The notes below the pieces were generated by a model that saw nothing but the letters and a program-made list of their open reading frames with translations, was not told where the DNA came from and made no database searches. A stretch of 64,000 nucleotides of DNA from an uncultured Flavonifractor sp. (GTDB lineage: Bacteria > Bacillota > Clostridia > Oscillospirales > Oscillospiraceae), in contig CAJUDT010000001.1 in assembly GCA_910585415.1 (NCBI GenBank), positions 42,149-106,148 on the forward strand, in the 5' to 3' direction. Shown here in pieces: positions 28,400 through 37,162 of this stretch. The number at the start of each line of letters is the position of its first letter. The first letter of the stretch is position 1. The position numbers and the translations under genes are program-made.

Positions 28400-29905
28400 C
28401 TAATTGATTGTAATCCACCTTATTTCAGGATATAATTTTCCGAATTGAATGAAATGCCGCACACAGTCGGCGGCGGTCTGTAAATCGTCCAGTGCCTCTG
28501 ATTGTGTGACCGGCGACTGACCGCCAATCCTCGGCGGAGCAGGTTTGGTCAAACTGTGACACTTTGGATTGTCCGGTACATAATAAACATCATGTGTAAA
28601 ATCTTGCAGCGCCAAAGCGGCCCAGCCCTCTTTGATGTCAGCGGTAAACAGAATACTTTCCATATCTGCGTCGGACGAAATCGTCAAATGCTTGATTTCC
28701 GCTGACCGGATACGGTGGGCAATGCTTTGCACCAGCCCCTTTGAAATCTGCTTTTCTCGATAGACCTTGCCATCCATCACAAGAGCCTGAGCGTAAAACC
28801 CATTTTCCCCCAATGGCAATTTTTCGTCTGAACAGTACAGCGCAGGAGCTGTATCCCTTTCATCTTCATTCTTCGGTTCATCGGTAAAGATGCTTGCCGC
28901 AATTGTCTCTATGGTATCAAAGCGGAGCAGTTTATGTTTGGGCGGGAGGCACACCGCTTCTAATTCCGGCAGTTCCAACAGCAAGGAACAGTCCACAAAA
29001 TTTGTTTTGCTGACATCCAAGAACGAAATATGCTTGCATGTTTTCAGAAACAAAAAGTCTGTGACCTCTGCCGGGGGAAGTATCAATATGTTTAAGTTTT
29101 CCAGCCGTTCCAGATATGGGCCCTCATAGAAATTGGTTTTGCTTAAATCAAGATATTTCAGCCGCCTGCACCTCAGCAAAAACGAAAAATTATCTATGCA
29201 GACATGAGGAAACTCCAGCTTTTCCAGCCTGGGCAGAGAGCCAATCATCCGCCAATCTCCATACACCGGACAAAGCCAGTCAGGAAACACCGGTGCTCCA
29301 CTTGAAAAATTCTCGGCCTTCAATTCGGTAATCTGTTCAAGGTCCGCGGGAGCTTCGATATGTTTCCCGCAAGTATTGCAGAGCCATTGCAGTAGCTCAG
29401 GGTCCATAGGTCGAGCCTCTGGATAAACCTTTCGTTTTCCTCCATGTTGGAGAAAGGCAGCAATAAAATTACCGGCCTCCATCCCGGTAATGAAGATACG
29501 CCATCCCGATACTTCCATGGGCTGGATTGTCCTTTTGGGCGTGGGCTTGACTTGTTTCGCGGGACATTTGCAATACAACAGCGCATTGCGGTATTCATCC
29601 AGAACGGCCGCCCCGTAACCGCCGCCGTCCCATCCGGCGGGCAAGCGCTTCAGCATGGAACGGAACAGCTGCGCTTGGTTCATACCAATCAGGCTGTTTT
29701 CAAATGGAGAAATATAAACGTATTCTGCCGTACCATTTCTTACAAGGTCTGTGATACAGTCGAATCCCTCAGCAATGGTTCTTCTCCCGCTTAATTGAAC
29801 GTACCAGTTATATCCGCCATAGACGGCGTATGGTTGTAATGGCTCTGGTATTGCTTTGAACGCTCTTATGGAAAGAATTACAAGTTGCGCATAGAGATTA
29901 CCCAT
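28400..29905 (-). CDS. leucine-rich-repeat protein of unknown function on a low-GC islet
   Basis: LRR units are present: LKYLDLSKTNFYEGPYLERLENLNILIL and ISFLDVSKTNFVDCSLLLELPELEAVCL. There is no signal peptide or TM segment. Hand-counted lines give 40-55% GC against 60-68% in the flanks. The RBS is weak. Confidence 0.65.
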   Translation of the reverse strand: MGNLYAQLVILSIRAFKAIPEPLQPYAVYGGYNWYVQLSGRRTIAEGFDCITDLVRNGTAEYVYISPFENSLIGMNQAQLFRSMLKRLPAGWDGGGYGAAVLDEYRNALLYCKCPAKQVKPTPKRTIQPMEVSGWRIFITGMEAGNFIAAFLQHGGKRKVYPEARPMDPELLQWLCNTCGKHIEAPADLEQITELKAENFSSGAPVFPDWLCPVYGDWRMIGSLPRLEKLEFPHVCIDNFSFLLRCRRLKYLDLSKTNFYEGPYLERLENLNILILPPAEVTDFLFLKTCKHISFLDVSKTNFVDCSLLLELPELEAVCLPPKHKLLRFDTIETIAASIFTDEPKNEDERDTAPALYCSDEKLPLGENGFYAQALVMDGKVYREKQISKGLVQSIAHRIRSAEIKHLTISSDADMESILFTADIKEGWAALALQDFTHDVYYVPDNPKCHSLTKPAPPRIGGQSPVTQSEALDDLQTAADCVRHFIQFGKLYPEIRWITIN

Positions 29906-29944
29906 GGAAATTTCACCACTGTCTTTCTGTATCGCGGTCCGCCG

Positions 29945-30649
29945 TTACATATGAAACCGCCGCCGGGCCTCCTCCCGCAGAGAGGGCACCCGCCGGACCA
30001 CCAGCAAAGGAATCACCAGCCCAGCACACACGGTAAGCACCACCAGGGACCACCCCGGTTCCCAGCTCTGGTTCAGGAAGCGGTCAATCAGCAACTCCAC
30101 CCCCAGCAGAAACACACCGACACTGCCAATGAGCACAGTCACCGTCGTCAGCAGGCTCCGCCGCTTCACCCACAGGGTCAGCCCCAGCAGGAGCAGCAGT
30201 GCGCCGCCCCACAGGATAATGGGCAGGGCCAACCCCATGTACCACGTCCAGCCGTCCAGATTCAGGGCGATAAAGAGCACATAGAGGGCCACCGCCAAAA
30301 CATCCACCAGCAGCCGAAGCAGCACATGCATCCCCCGGTCCAGCAGAGGGGGAACCAGCCAGAGCCACAGCATCACCGCCGCACCAATGACATAGACCGA
30401 CCAAGTCCGTTCCGGCTTCAGAAACATGTTGAGCACACCGCAGCACACGGCCACAGAAACCAGCATGGAACTGAGCAGGATGGCGGCATCCCGTTTCACC
30501 GCAGGGGGGACCTCTCCCCGCTCATCCGGAAAGGGCGGGGGCGCGGAGATGTTTACCGGCTGGCTGGGATTGAGCACCGGAGTATGGCACAGGGGACAGA
30601 ACCGGGCGGTATCGTCCAGCTCCACACCGCAGTTGACACAGTAAGACAC
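29945..30649 (-). CDS. zinc-ribbon domain polytopic membrane protein
   Basis: I preferred the GTG start at 30649 (AGGAGG 7 nt upstream), giving MSYCVNCGVELDDTARFCPLCHTPV (CxxC-N10-CxxC). About 5 hydrophobic helices follow. The track TTG start at 30667 overlaps the upstream stop. Confidence 0.7.
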   Translation of the reverse strand: MSYCVNCGVELDDTARFCPLCHTPVLNPSQPVNISAPPPFPDERGEVPPAVKRDAAILLSSMLVSVAVCCGVLNMFLKPERTWSVYVIGAAVMLWLWLVPPLLDRGMHVLLRLLVDVLAVALYVLFIALNLDGWTWYMGLALPIILWGGALLLLLGLTLWVKRRSLLTTVTVLIGSVGVFLLGVELLIDRFLNQSWEPGWSLVVLTVCAGLVIPLLVVRRVPSLREEARRRFHM

Positions 30650-30663
30650 AGGAGGGCCTCCTC

Positions 30664-31971
30664 TCAAAATATCAGGTCGGAACGGGCCAGACGGTTGCTC
30701 TCCACCTTGACCGGAATCCCCGCCTGCACCAGAAAGCGAAAAAAATCCCGCTCTGTCTCGGCCTCCGCTAAGGTTCCGGCAAAGGTAATCTCCATCTGGT
30801 TGCCGTAGCTGATGGAGGCACAGTGGACCCGCGGCAGGGTGGCCTGCCCCAGAATGACCTCCATCCGCTGGATATGGGGGGCCATTTCCTCCGGCACCGG
30901 AAAGGGACCGGGGTTGGTATAGGTGCCCGAGTAGGGACGCACTCCCGCCAGGTGGTAGCTCAAGGCCATCACCGGGTCCTTGAGCACCACGGGAATCACC
31001 CGCAGGAGCTTGTTGGTGGTAAACCGCACGTTGCCCGTCAGCATGGCCCGCATCTGCTGGCGGTTGATGTTCAGGCGCAGGTAGTGGTGTACGCGGCCCA
31101 GAATTTCCTCAAAGGTGTACGAGCCCAAAGAGGGGTCAATACAGGGGCGCACCGTGAGGATAAAGTTCCGCAGGGTTTCCGAGGGAAACCACCCCCGCAG
31201 ATTGATGGGAATGGCCAGGGCCACCGGCAGTTCTTTTCGGGGGGCCTCCCGGTGCTGCTTGTCAATCAACACTTTCAGCAGCACCGCCGTCAGGTATTCG
31301 GTAATGGAGGCCCCGTACTCCTTCGCTTTCGCTCTAAGCCGGTTCAGAGGAAGAAAGCCCATGGTCACATTGAGGGTATAAAAGGGCTCAGGCGTACCGG
31401 TGTTGGGGTAGGCCTTCCCACCCAGGGGATTGCGGAGGACCTTCTTCCCGGCGTACCGGGCGTAGGCATCCTCCCGTTCCTCCCGTCGGGGAGATTCGTT
31501 CACATCCAGAATGCCGCAGGTATTGGGAATCACATGCCCCAATTCCCGCAGATAGACCGCCAAAAGGGTTTTGAAGAGCACCAGGGTCCCGCCGCCGTCG
31601 CTGATGGCGTGAAAGACTTCGATGGAAATGCGCTTTTCATAATAGTAAAACCGCACCAGCCACCCGTTGTCCTCCCGAAACCGCACCGGCTGGCAGGGGT
31701 TGGCGATATCCTTTTTCAGAAAGGGGCCGGGGGCGTCATTGGGCTCGCAGTAGTACCAAAAGGCCCCCTTTTTAATACGCACGGCAAAGGAGGGAAAGCG
31801 GGGCATGGTCTTGTCCACCGCCCGCTGAAGGGCAGCCGGGTCCACCCGCTCGGTCATAAGGGCGGAAAAGCGGTAAATGGCGGAGTATGTCTCTTTTTGA
31901 ATGGCGGAATAGAGCACCCCCGCGTTGTCCAGGGGGTACCATTCGGGTTTCTTCTTTTTTTCCTTGGGCAT
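30664..31971 (-). CDS. condensation/alcohol-acetyltransferase-like acyltransferase (HxxxDG)
   Basis: Start MPKEKKKKPEWYPLDNAGVLY at 31971 (GGAAGGGAG 8 nt upstream). The active-site-like motif VFHAISDGGG is present. The ~435-aa size and overall pattern resemble the CAT/condensation superfamily. Confidence 0.7.
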   Translation of the reverse strand: MPKEKKKKPEWYPLDNAGVLYSAIQKETYSAIYRFSALMTERVDPAALQRAVDKTMPRFPSFAVRIKKGAFWYYCEPNDAPGPFLKKDIANPCQPVRFREDNGWLVRFYYYEKRISIEVFHAISDGGGTLVLFKTLLAVYLRELGHVIPNTCGILDVNESPRREEREDAYARYAGKKVLRNPLGGKAYPNTGTPEPFYTLNVTMGFLPLNRLRAKAKEYGASITEYLTAVLLKVLIDKQHREAPRKELPVALAIPINLRGWFPSETLRNFILTVRPCIDPSLGSYTFEEILGRVHHYLRLNINRQQMRAMLTGNVRFTTNKLLRVIPVVLKDPVMALSYHLAGVRPYSGTYTNPGPFPVPEEMAPHIQRMEVILGQATLPRVHCASISYGNQMEITFAGTLAEAETERDFFRFLVQAGIPVKVESNRLARSDLIF

Positions 31972-32005
31972 GGGCGCCGCTCCCTTCCAGCCTTCGTTTT
32001 CCTTT

Positions 32006-32034
32006 AGTATACGCTCTTTCTGCCAAAGGGGCAA
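32006..32034 (-). promoter_or_regulatory. candidate promoter of the acyltransferase/Zn-ribbon genes
   Basis: Minus strand reads TTGCCC-17 nt-TATACT. Confidence 0.4.
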
Positions 32035-32151
32035 GGGGAACCGGGGGTATTCCTTGGCGCCGGATGGGAAATTTTTGGGCGGACTGTTTTGTGAGGCTGC
32101 GCACAGGACCATTCCCGCTTCTTTTTGAACCGCCAAACCGGCCTGTTTTTC

Positions 32152-32180
32152 TTGTATCCAGCCCGGTTTTGTGGTAGACT
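32152..32180 (+). promoter_or_regulatory. candidate promoter of the Uma2/SdpI-like pair
   Basis: TTGTAT-17 nt-(TGg)TAGACT, about 50 nt upstream of the ATG at 32229. Confidence 0.45.
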
Positions 32181-32228
32181 GAACATAACATTAAGGCTTT
32201 TTCTCACAGCACTGGAAAGGGGCGGCGT

Positions 32229-32804
32229 ATGAACGGCAATTTGGCCTATCAGCAGAATGACCTTTGGGTAGAGATTATTGACGGCAAGGTTACGGCTATG
32301 TCACCCAGGCCTACAACAGACCACAATTTCGTTGCCAGCAATATTTTCTACCTCTTAGCACATTATCTAAAGGGAAAGCGCTGTACTCCATTTGCGGACG
32401 GAACAGACCTATATCTCAGTGAAAAAGACCACTTCATCCCCGACGGTATGGTGGTCTGCGACACGGAGAAAATCAAGCGGGACGGCGTGCATGGCGCGCC
32501 CGACCTGGTGGTAGAGGTCCTCTCCCCCAGCACGGCCAAGCACGACCGGGGCCGTAAAAAGCAGGTCTATGAGCAGTGCGGCGTATCGGAGTATTGGATC
32601 GTGGACCCAGCCAATAAGACCCTAGAGCAGTACCTGCTGCAACAGGGAGCGTTTACGCTCCACGAGGTTTACGCCATTTATCCAGACTATATGCTGGACA
32701 AGATGACGGAGGAAGAGCGGGCGGCGCTCCCCGCCTCCTTCCGGTGCAGTCTCTTTGAGGACTTGGACATTGTGCTGGAGGATATATTTGACCGGATTCT
32801 CTGA
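32229..32804 (+). CDS. Uma2 family (DUF820) PD-(D/E)XK endonuclease-like protein
   Basis: APDLVVEVLSPSTAKHDRGRKKQVYEQCGVSEYWIVDP is the typical Uma2 core. Confidence 0.8.
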   Translation: MNGNLAYQQNDLWVEIIDGKVTAMSPRPTTDHNFVASNIFYLLAHYLKGKRCTPFADGTDLYLSEKDHFIPDGMVVCDTEKIKRDGVHGAPDLVVEVLSPSTAKHDRGRKKQVYEQCGVSEYWIVDPANKTLEQYLLQQGAFTLHEVYAIYPDYMLDKMTEEERAALPASFRCSLFEDLDIVLEDIFDRIL

Positions 32805-32819
32805 GAAAGGAGCACCGCT

Positions 32820-33200
32820 ATGATCTTTTGGCTTTTCATGCTGGCGATGGACCTGCTGATTCCATGCACCATGTATGTGTTCGGACGCCGCTGGACCACC
32901 GGTCCGCCCCCGGAGCGCAGCAACAGAAGCGGCTACCGGACCGCCCAATCCATGCAGAGTCCCGACACGTGGCGGTTTGCTCACCGGTATTTTGGCAAGC
33001 TCTGGATGCGGTTCAGCCTGCCCATGGTTCCGGGGACGGTCCTCGCCATGTGCCTGGTTTTGGGACAGCCTGTCCTCACGATTGCAATTTGGGGCGGGCT
33101 CATTTGCCTGCTCTGGGGGATTGTGATGGTCCTCCCCATGCCCCTTACGGAGCTGGCCCTGAAACGCTCCTTTTCAAAGGACGGCAAGCCCCTCTCCTGA
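32820..33200 (+). CDS. SdpI/YhfL-like small membrane protein
   Basis: AAGGAG RBS, 4 hydrophobic segments, and the SdpI-type motif NRSGYRTAQSMQSPDTWRFAHRYFGKLW. Confidence 0.65.
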   Translation: MIFWLFMLAMDLLIPCTMYVFGRRWTTGPPPERSNRSGYRTAQSMQSPDTWRFAHRYFGKLWMRFSLPMVPGTVLAMCLVLGQPVLTIAIWGGLICLLWGIVMVLPMPLTELALKRSFSKDGKPLS

Positions 33201-33213
33201 TGAACCGCGCATA

Positions 33214-33253
33214 AATCAACCCCTCCGGCCAGCCGGAGGGGTTGATTGGTTTT
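33214..33253. terminator. bidirectional terminator between the SdpI-like gene (+) and asp23 (-)
   Basis: Perfect 15-bp stem AATCAACCCCTCCGG-ccag-CCGGAGGGGTTGATT followed by GGTTTT. Confidence 0.7.
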
Positions 33254-33644
33254 AGTGCTGCTGGACCGCCTTGGCCCGCTCGAAGGTCACGCCTGCCACA
33301 TGGACGTTGACCCCCTCCACGGCCAGACCGCTGGTGTTCTCAATGGCGTTGTACACCGCGTTCTGAACCTCCTTGGCCACGTCAATGACGGTATAGCCGT
33401 ACTTCACCAGCACGGATACGTCGATGCGGACGCTTTCCTCAAGCACCGTGATATGGATGCCCTTGGACAGGTTCTTCTTGCCGCCCAGAAGCTCGGCAAT
33501 GTCGGTGCCCAGGTTGGCGGACAGACTGCCCACCCCCTCCACCTCCAGGGCGGCGGCGGCGGCAATCACCGCTAGGACTTCCTCCGATATATGGACATTT
33601 CCCAGCTCGTCGGGGCGGGACAGGTATTCCTTCCCATCGGCCAT
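33252..33644 (-). CDS. Asp23/Gls24 family envelope stress protein
   Basis: GNVHISEEVLAVIAAAAALEVEGV...DVSVLVKYGYTV..VAKEVQNAVYNAIE. Confidence 0.9.
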   Translation of the reverse strand: MADGKEYLSRPDELGNVHISEEVLAVIAAAAALEVEGVGSLSANLGTDIAELLGGKKNLSKGIHITVLEESVRIDVSVLVKYGYTVIDVAKEVQNAVYNAIENTSGLAVEGVNVHVAGVTFERAKAVQQH

Positions 33645-33685
33645 AATTGGTCACGCTCCTTTTCCTGATTTGGACGATATGTATC

Positions 33686-33713
33686 ATTGTACCACAATCA
33701 CAGAAAATTACAA
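33686..33713 (-). promoter_or_regulatory. candidate promoter of asp23
   Basis: Minus strand reads TTGTAA-16 nt-(TGg)TACAAT. AAAAGGAG serves as the RBS before the ATG at 33644. Confidence 0.5.
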
Positions 33714-33746
33714 CAGCTTTTTCGTGGAGCGCACCGCTGTCCTTCC

Positions 33747-34361
33747 TCAGGGCTGGGCCGGGATAATTTTAATCTGTCCGCCGGTAAACCCGGTCTCGTC
33801 GGTGACAATCTCAGTGATGCGGGCGACATCCACATCGGTGAGCCCCTCCTCGGCGGCGGCCACCACCACACTGACGCTCTTTTCCCCGATGAAGGCCACA
33901 CAGTCGCTGTACCCCTTGGCGGTGACCAGATTCTCAATCTGGGCCTCGGAAACGGTGACATTGGCCAAGGTCTGAATGGCCTGATTGTTTTCATCCTTCA
34001 TGGTGTCGTTCAGGTTTTCGTCGGACAGGCTCTCCTGAAGAATCGCCAGAGCGCTGTCCCGGGCCTGCTGGCGGTTGAGCCGGGCGGAGGCAAAATAGCC
34101 GGTCCCCGTCTCCGCCGTGGGGGCATCCGTCACCGCCGGAGCGGGGGACGCCCCGCTGGGGCTGGGCGTGGCCTGGGGGTCCGCCGTAGGCTGGACGGCC
34201 AGAAGGGGGTCGGAGGTCTGGCCGTTGACCATGGTGGCCTGCCCCAAGGTCTTGCCTGCCCCGGCGCCCTCATCCTGCTGGTAGGTCCAGTTCAGATAGA
34301 CCGCCACGCACACAAAGAGCACGATGGCGGCTACCACCGCGTTCCGCTTCCATACTTTCAT
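33747..34361 (-). CDS. spoIIIAH: stage III sporulation protein AH
   Basis: N-terminal anchor (AVVAAIVLFVCVAVYLNW), a low-complexity linker and a C-terminal YscJ/FliF-like domain. It is the last gene of the spoIIIA operon. Confidence 0.8.
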   Translation of the reverse strand: MKVWKRNAVVAAIVLFVCVAVYLNWTYQQDEGAGAGKTLGQATMVNGQTSDPLLAVQPTADPQATPSPSGASPAPAVTDAPTAETGTGYFASARLNRQQARDSALAILQESLSDENLNDTMKDENNQAIQTLANVTVSEAQIENLVTAKGYSDCVAFIGEKSVSVVVAAAEEGLTDVDVARITEIVTDETGFTGGQIKIIPAQP

Positions 34362-34371
34362 CTTGAATCAC

Positions 34372-34896
34372 TCACTTTCCTTTACATACTGATATTTTGT
34401 CCGCGCCCAACCCGGTCAGGGCGGAGACTGCCTCCACAATGCGCAGCCGCACCGAGGGGTCGTCTCCCCCCGAGCATACCACAAGGGCCCCCTGATATTG
34501 GGGCGAAAGCTGTTGAATGGTTACCGGCTCCTGGGTTCCGGAGCCCTGGGAGACCACCACGGTGGTCAGGGTGGAGTCCAGCTCGCTCCCCCGCTGGGTG
34601 CTCCTGCCGTCCTGCGCCAGCACTTGGCGGGCTGTGCTCTTGACGGTCAGCACCACGCGCACCTCCCCCGCCCCGTCTACCTGGGACAGGGCCTCCTCCA
34701 GGCGGCGCTCCAGGTCCTCCACCTGAAAGCCCCCGGTCTGCTCCGGCTCCGCCGGGGGCGGCTGGCCCTCTTCCTCCTTGGGGGAGGGCAGCAGCAGAAG
34801 GGCCGCTCCCGCCAGAATCACCAGAAGCACGAATTTATACCGCTCAAACAGCGCAAACAGTGTCTTTCCCCACCCGCCGAAGGCCTGTTGTTTCAT
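34372..34896 (-). CDS. spoIIIAG: stage III sporulation protein AG
   Basis: Start MKQQAFGG at 34896 overlaps the AF stop. TM anchor and a conserved C-terminal region (VVLTVKST...ALVVCSGGDDPSVRLRIVEAVSALTGLGADKISV). Confidence 0.85.
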   Translation of the reverse strand: MKQQAFGGWGKTLFALFERYKFVLLVILAGAALLLLPSPKEEEGQPPPAEPEQTGGFQVEDLERRLEEALSQVDGAGEVRVVLTVKSTARQVLAQDGRSTQRGSELDSTLTTVVVSQGSGTQEPVTIQQLSPQYQGALVVCSGGDDPSVRLRIVEAVSALTGLGADKISVCKGK

Positions 34897-35402
34897 GCCC
34901 CGTCCCCGCTTTCGTATTGATCTCGTTCCCTGTAAACCTGCCGCTCCGCCGGGATGGCAAAGTCCTCCTGAATCTGCCGGGTCAACGTCTCCCGCGCCCC
35001 TTCGTCCAGGTCCCCGGTCACCGTCACGCTCCAGGGGATGGGCCATGCGCCGCTTTCTCCGGCCTCCACCTGGACCTGACAGGACAGCCCCAGCGACGCC
35101 GCCTTGTCCACAATATATGCGGCAGCCTGCTCTTCTATGATGCTTTTCATGCGCGCACTGTTTTCTTCCTCCAGCTGCGTGCTGTAGGCGCTCAAATCCA
35201 GGCGGTATTCCGCCAGCGCCCGGCCCAGAGCCTCGCCGTCCACCGCCGCGATGGGCTTGAGCACCGCAATCAGGAGCACCAGTCCCCCGGTGAACCGCCC
35301 GACCTTCCGCACCGCCCCCGGCGGGGCCAGTCCCTCAGCCAGGGCGGCAATCATGGCCGCGCAGGTGATGCCCACCAGCCATTGCCGTATCAGCTCCAGC
35401 AT
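34893..35402 (-). CDS. spoIIIAF: stage III sporulation protein AF
   Basis: MLELIRQWLVGITCAAMIAALAEGL.. Assigned by size and operon position. Confidence 0.8.
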   Translation of the reverse strand: MLELIRQWLVGITCAAMIAALAEGLAPPGAVRKVGRFTGGLVLLIAVLKPIAAVDGEALGRALAEYRLDLSAYSTQLEEENSARMKSIIEEQAAAYIVDKAASLGLSCQVQVEAGESGAWPIPWSVTVTGDLDEGARETLTRQIQEDFAIPAERQVYRERDQYESGDGA

Positions 35403-35413
35403 ATCCCTTCCCC

Positions 35414-36523
35414 CTACCGGCTGACCGCCGTAATGGCCGACACCATGGAAATCAGCAGCAGCAGGGCACAGGAGCCGGTCATACCCAGCACCAGCCCAAA
35501 GGCTCCGCCGATGGCGTCAATGAGCCCCGCCACCCGCCCGCCGGACACCGTGGCGCTGAGGGCGGAGGTGAGCTTATAGGTCAGATAGTGAATCCCCAGC
35601 TGGAGGAAGGGGCCCACGCACATTGCCAGCACCGCCAGCATTCCGAACACCCCCACGGCATTTTTCAAAATGCCCGCTCCAGCCAATACCGTCTCCGCCG
35701 CGTCGGACAAAATGCCCCCCACCACTGGGACCATCCCGGACATAGCGAACTTGGCGGCCTTGATGGTCACCGCGTCGGCGCTTCCGGCCACCGCCCCGCT
35801 GACGGTGAGATACCCCACAAAGAGCAGCAGCACCCCCGTCAAAACGGAGGTCACCGCCCCCTTTAAGGAACCCGCAATCCGCTGGAGTCCGCCGTTTCCT
35901 ACCGCCGTATAGGCCACGCAGGCGGCAATGTAGGTGTACACCAGGGGCATCAGCAGACGGGTGATGAGGGTCATGAGCACATCGGAAAAGAGCATGGTGG
36001 CCAGCTGCCGGGCCACCGCTCCGCTGGGGGAGCCCGCCGCCGCTGCCGCCGCCGTAACGGTAGGGAGCAGGACCTTGGAAAAGAGCTCCATGCGGTCCAG
36101 GGCCTCCCGTCCCATGCCAATCAGAGAGTTGGCGTCGGCCACTGAGATGGCCGTCACCGCCAAGGCCCCCACCAGGGAGACAAGGTCCAGCTCCGTGCCG
36201 CCCCCCAGACTCTGACAGGCTCCCTCCGCCAGACCGCACAGGAGGACCACCACCAGCAGCAGCACACCGCTGCGCAGGGCTTTTCGGACAATGCCCACCA
36301 TCTGACCGCTTCCGGTGTCCAGAATGTACTGAATCCCCTGGTCCAGGTCTACGCCCTCGGTCAAATCCAGGTCGGGCAGAACGCCCTCCGCCGCATCCAC
36401 CAGGCCCTCCAAATCCAGGGCCTCCGACTGGGCGGAGAACACCTCCCCGCTGGCCCGCGCCGGACACAGACAGCACAGCAGTACCAGCCATGCCGCCGCC
36501 GCGCCCATAATTCCTCGTCTCAT
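35414..36523 (-). CDS. spoIIIAE: stage III sporulation protein AE
   Basis: Signal peptide followed by a polytopic membrane protein of ~370 aa. Assigned by operon position. Confidence 0.85.
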   Translation of the reverse strand: MRRGIMGAAAAWLVLLCCLCPARASGEVFSAQSEALDLEGLVDAAEGVLPDLDLTEGVDLDQGIQYILDTGSGQMVGIVRKALRSGVLLLVVVLLCGLAEGACQSLGGGTELDLVSLVGALAVTAISVADANSLIGMGREALDRMELFSKVLLPTVTAAAAAAGSPSGAVARQLATMLFSDVLMTLITRLLMPLVYTYIAACVAYTAVGNGGLQRIAGSLKGAVTSVLTGVLLLFVGYLTVSGAVAGSADAVTIKAAKFAMSGMVPVVGGILSDAAETVLAGAGILKNAVGVFGMLAVLAMCVGPFLQLGIHYLTYKLTSALSATVSGGRVAGLIDAIGGAFGLVLGMTGSCALLLLISMVSAITAVSR

Positions 36524-36535
36524 TGGTATCCCCCA

Positions 36536-36925
36536 TTACCACAGCAAGCCCGTCACCGTCTCCAGCACCGCCCGCAGCAGCGGCACCGCCACAGACAGAG
36601 CCATTGCCGCCCCCGCCGTCTCCGCAAAGGCGGCGATGCCCCCCTCCCCTGCATCCCGGCAGACCTCCGCCGTGACGCGGGTGAGTATGGCAATGCCCAC
36701 CGTCTTGATAACCGGAGAGAGCACGGCCGGAGAGAGCCCCGCCGTCCCGGCCAGGACGTCCATAAGGTCCCGGACCCCCTCCACGGCCCCCAGGGCCAGG
36801 GAGAGCAGGACCAAACCCGCCGTCAGAGCCAGGACCAATCCCACCTCCGGCGCGGTTTTTCTCACCACCAGAGCGCACAGGGCTCCGGCCACCGCAATCG
36901 CGGCGACCTTGCCAATTTCCTCCAT
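36536..36925 (-). CDS. spoIIIAD: stage III sporulation protein AD
   Basis: 129-aa membrane protein (MEEIGKVAAIAVAGALCALVV...). Assigned by operon position. Confidence 0.85.
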   Translation of the reverse strand: MEEIGKVAAIAVAGALCALVVRKTAPEVGLVLALTAGLVLLSLALGAVEGVRDLMDVLAGTAGLSPAVLSPVIKTVGIAILTRVTAEVCRDAGEGGIAAFAETAGAAMALSVAVPLLRAVLETVTGLLW

Positions 36926-36928
36926 GAC

Positions 36929-37123
36929 TCACAGCCCAAACAGGCGCTTGACCAGCTCGAACAGCTCGCTGATCTGCTCCACCACCATCATCAGCACCAC
37001 CACCAGCCCCGCCAGGGTGGTCATGGTGGCCTGTTCCTCCCGCCCCGAGCGGGAGAGCACCTGATTGAGCACCGAAACCAGAATGCCGATGGCGGCGATT
37101 CGGAAAATCAAATTCACATCCAA
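36929..37123 (-). CDS. spoIIIAC: stage III sporulation protein AC
   Basis: 64-aa two-helix membrane protein: IFRIAAIGILVSVLNQVLSRSGREEQATMTTLAGLVVVL. Confidence 0.88.
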   Translation of the reverse strand: MDVNLIFRIAAIGILVSVLNQVLSRSGREEQATMTTLAGLVVVLMMVVEQISELFELVKRLFGL

Positions 37124-37162
37124 TTTCCATCCCCCTCATGCTTTTTCTTGAAATAAAACTCA

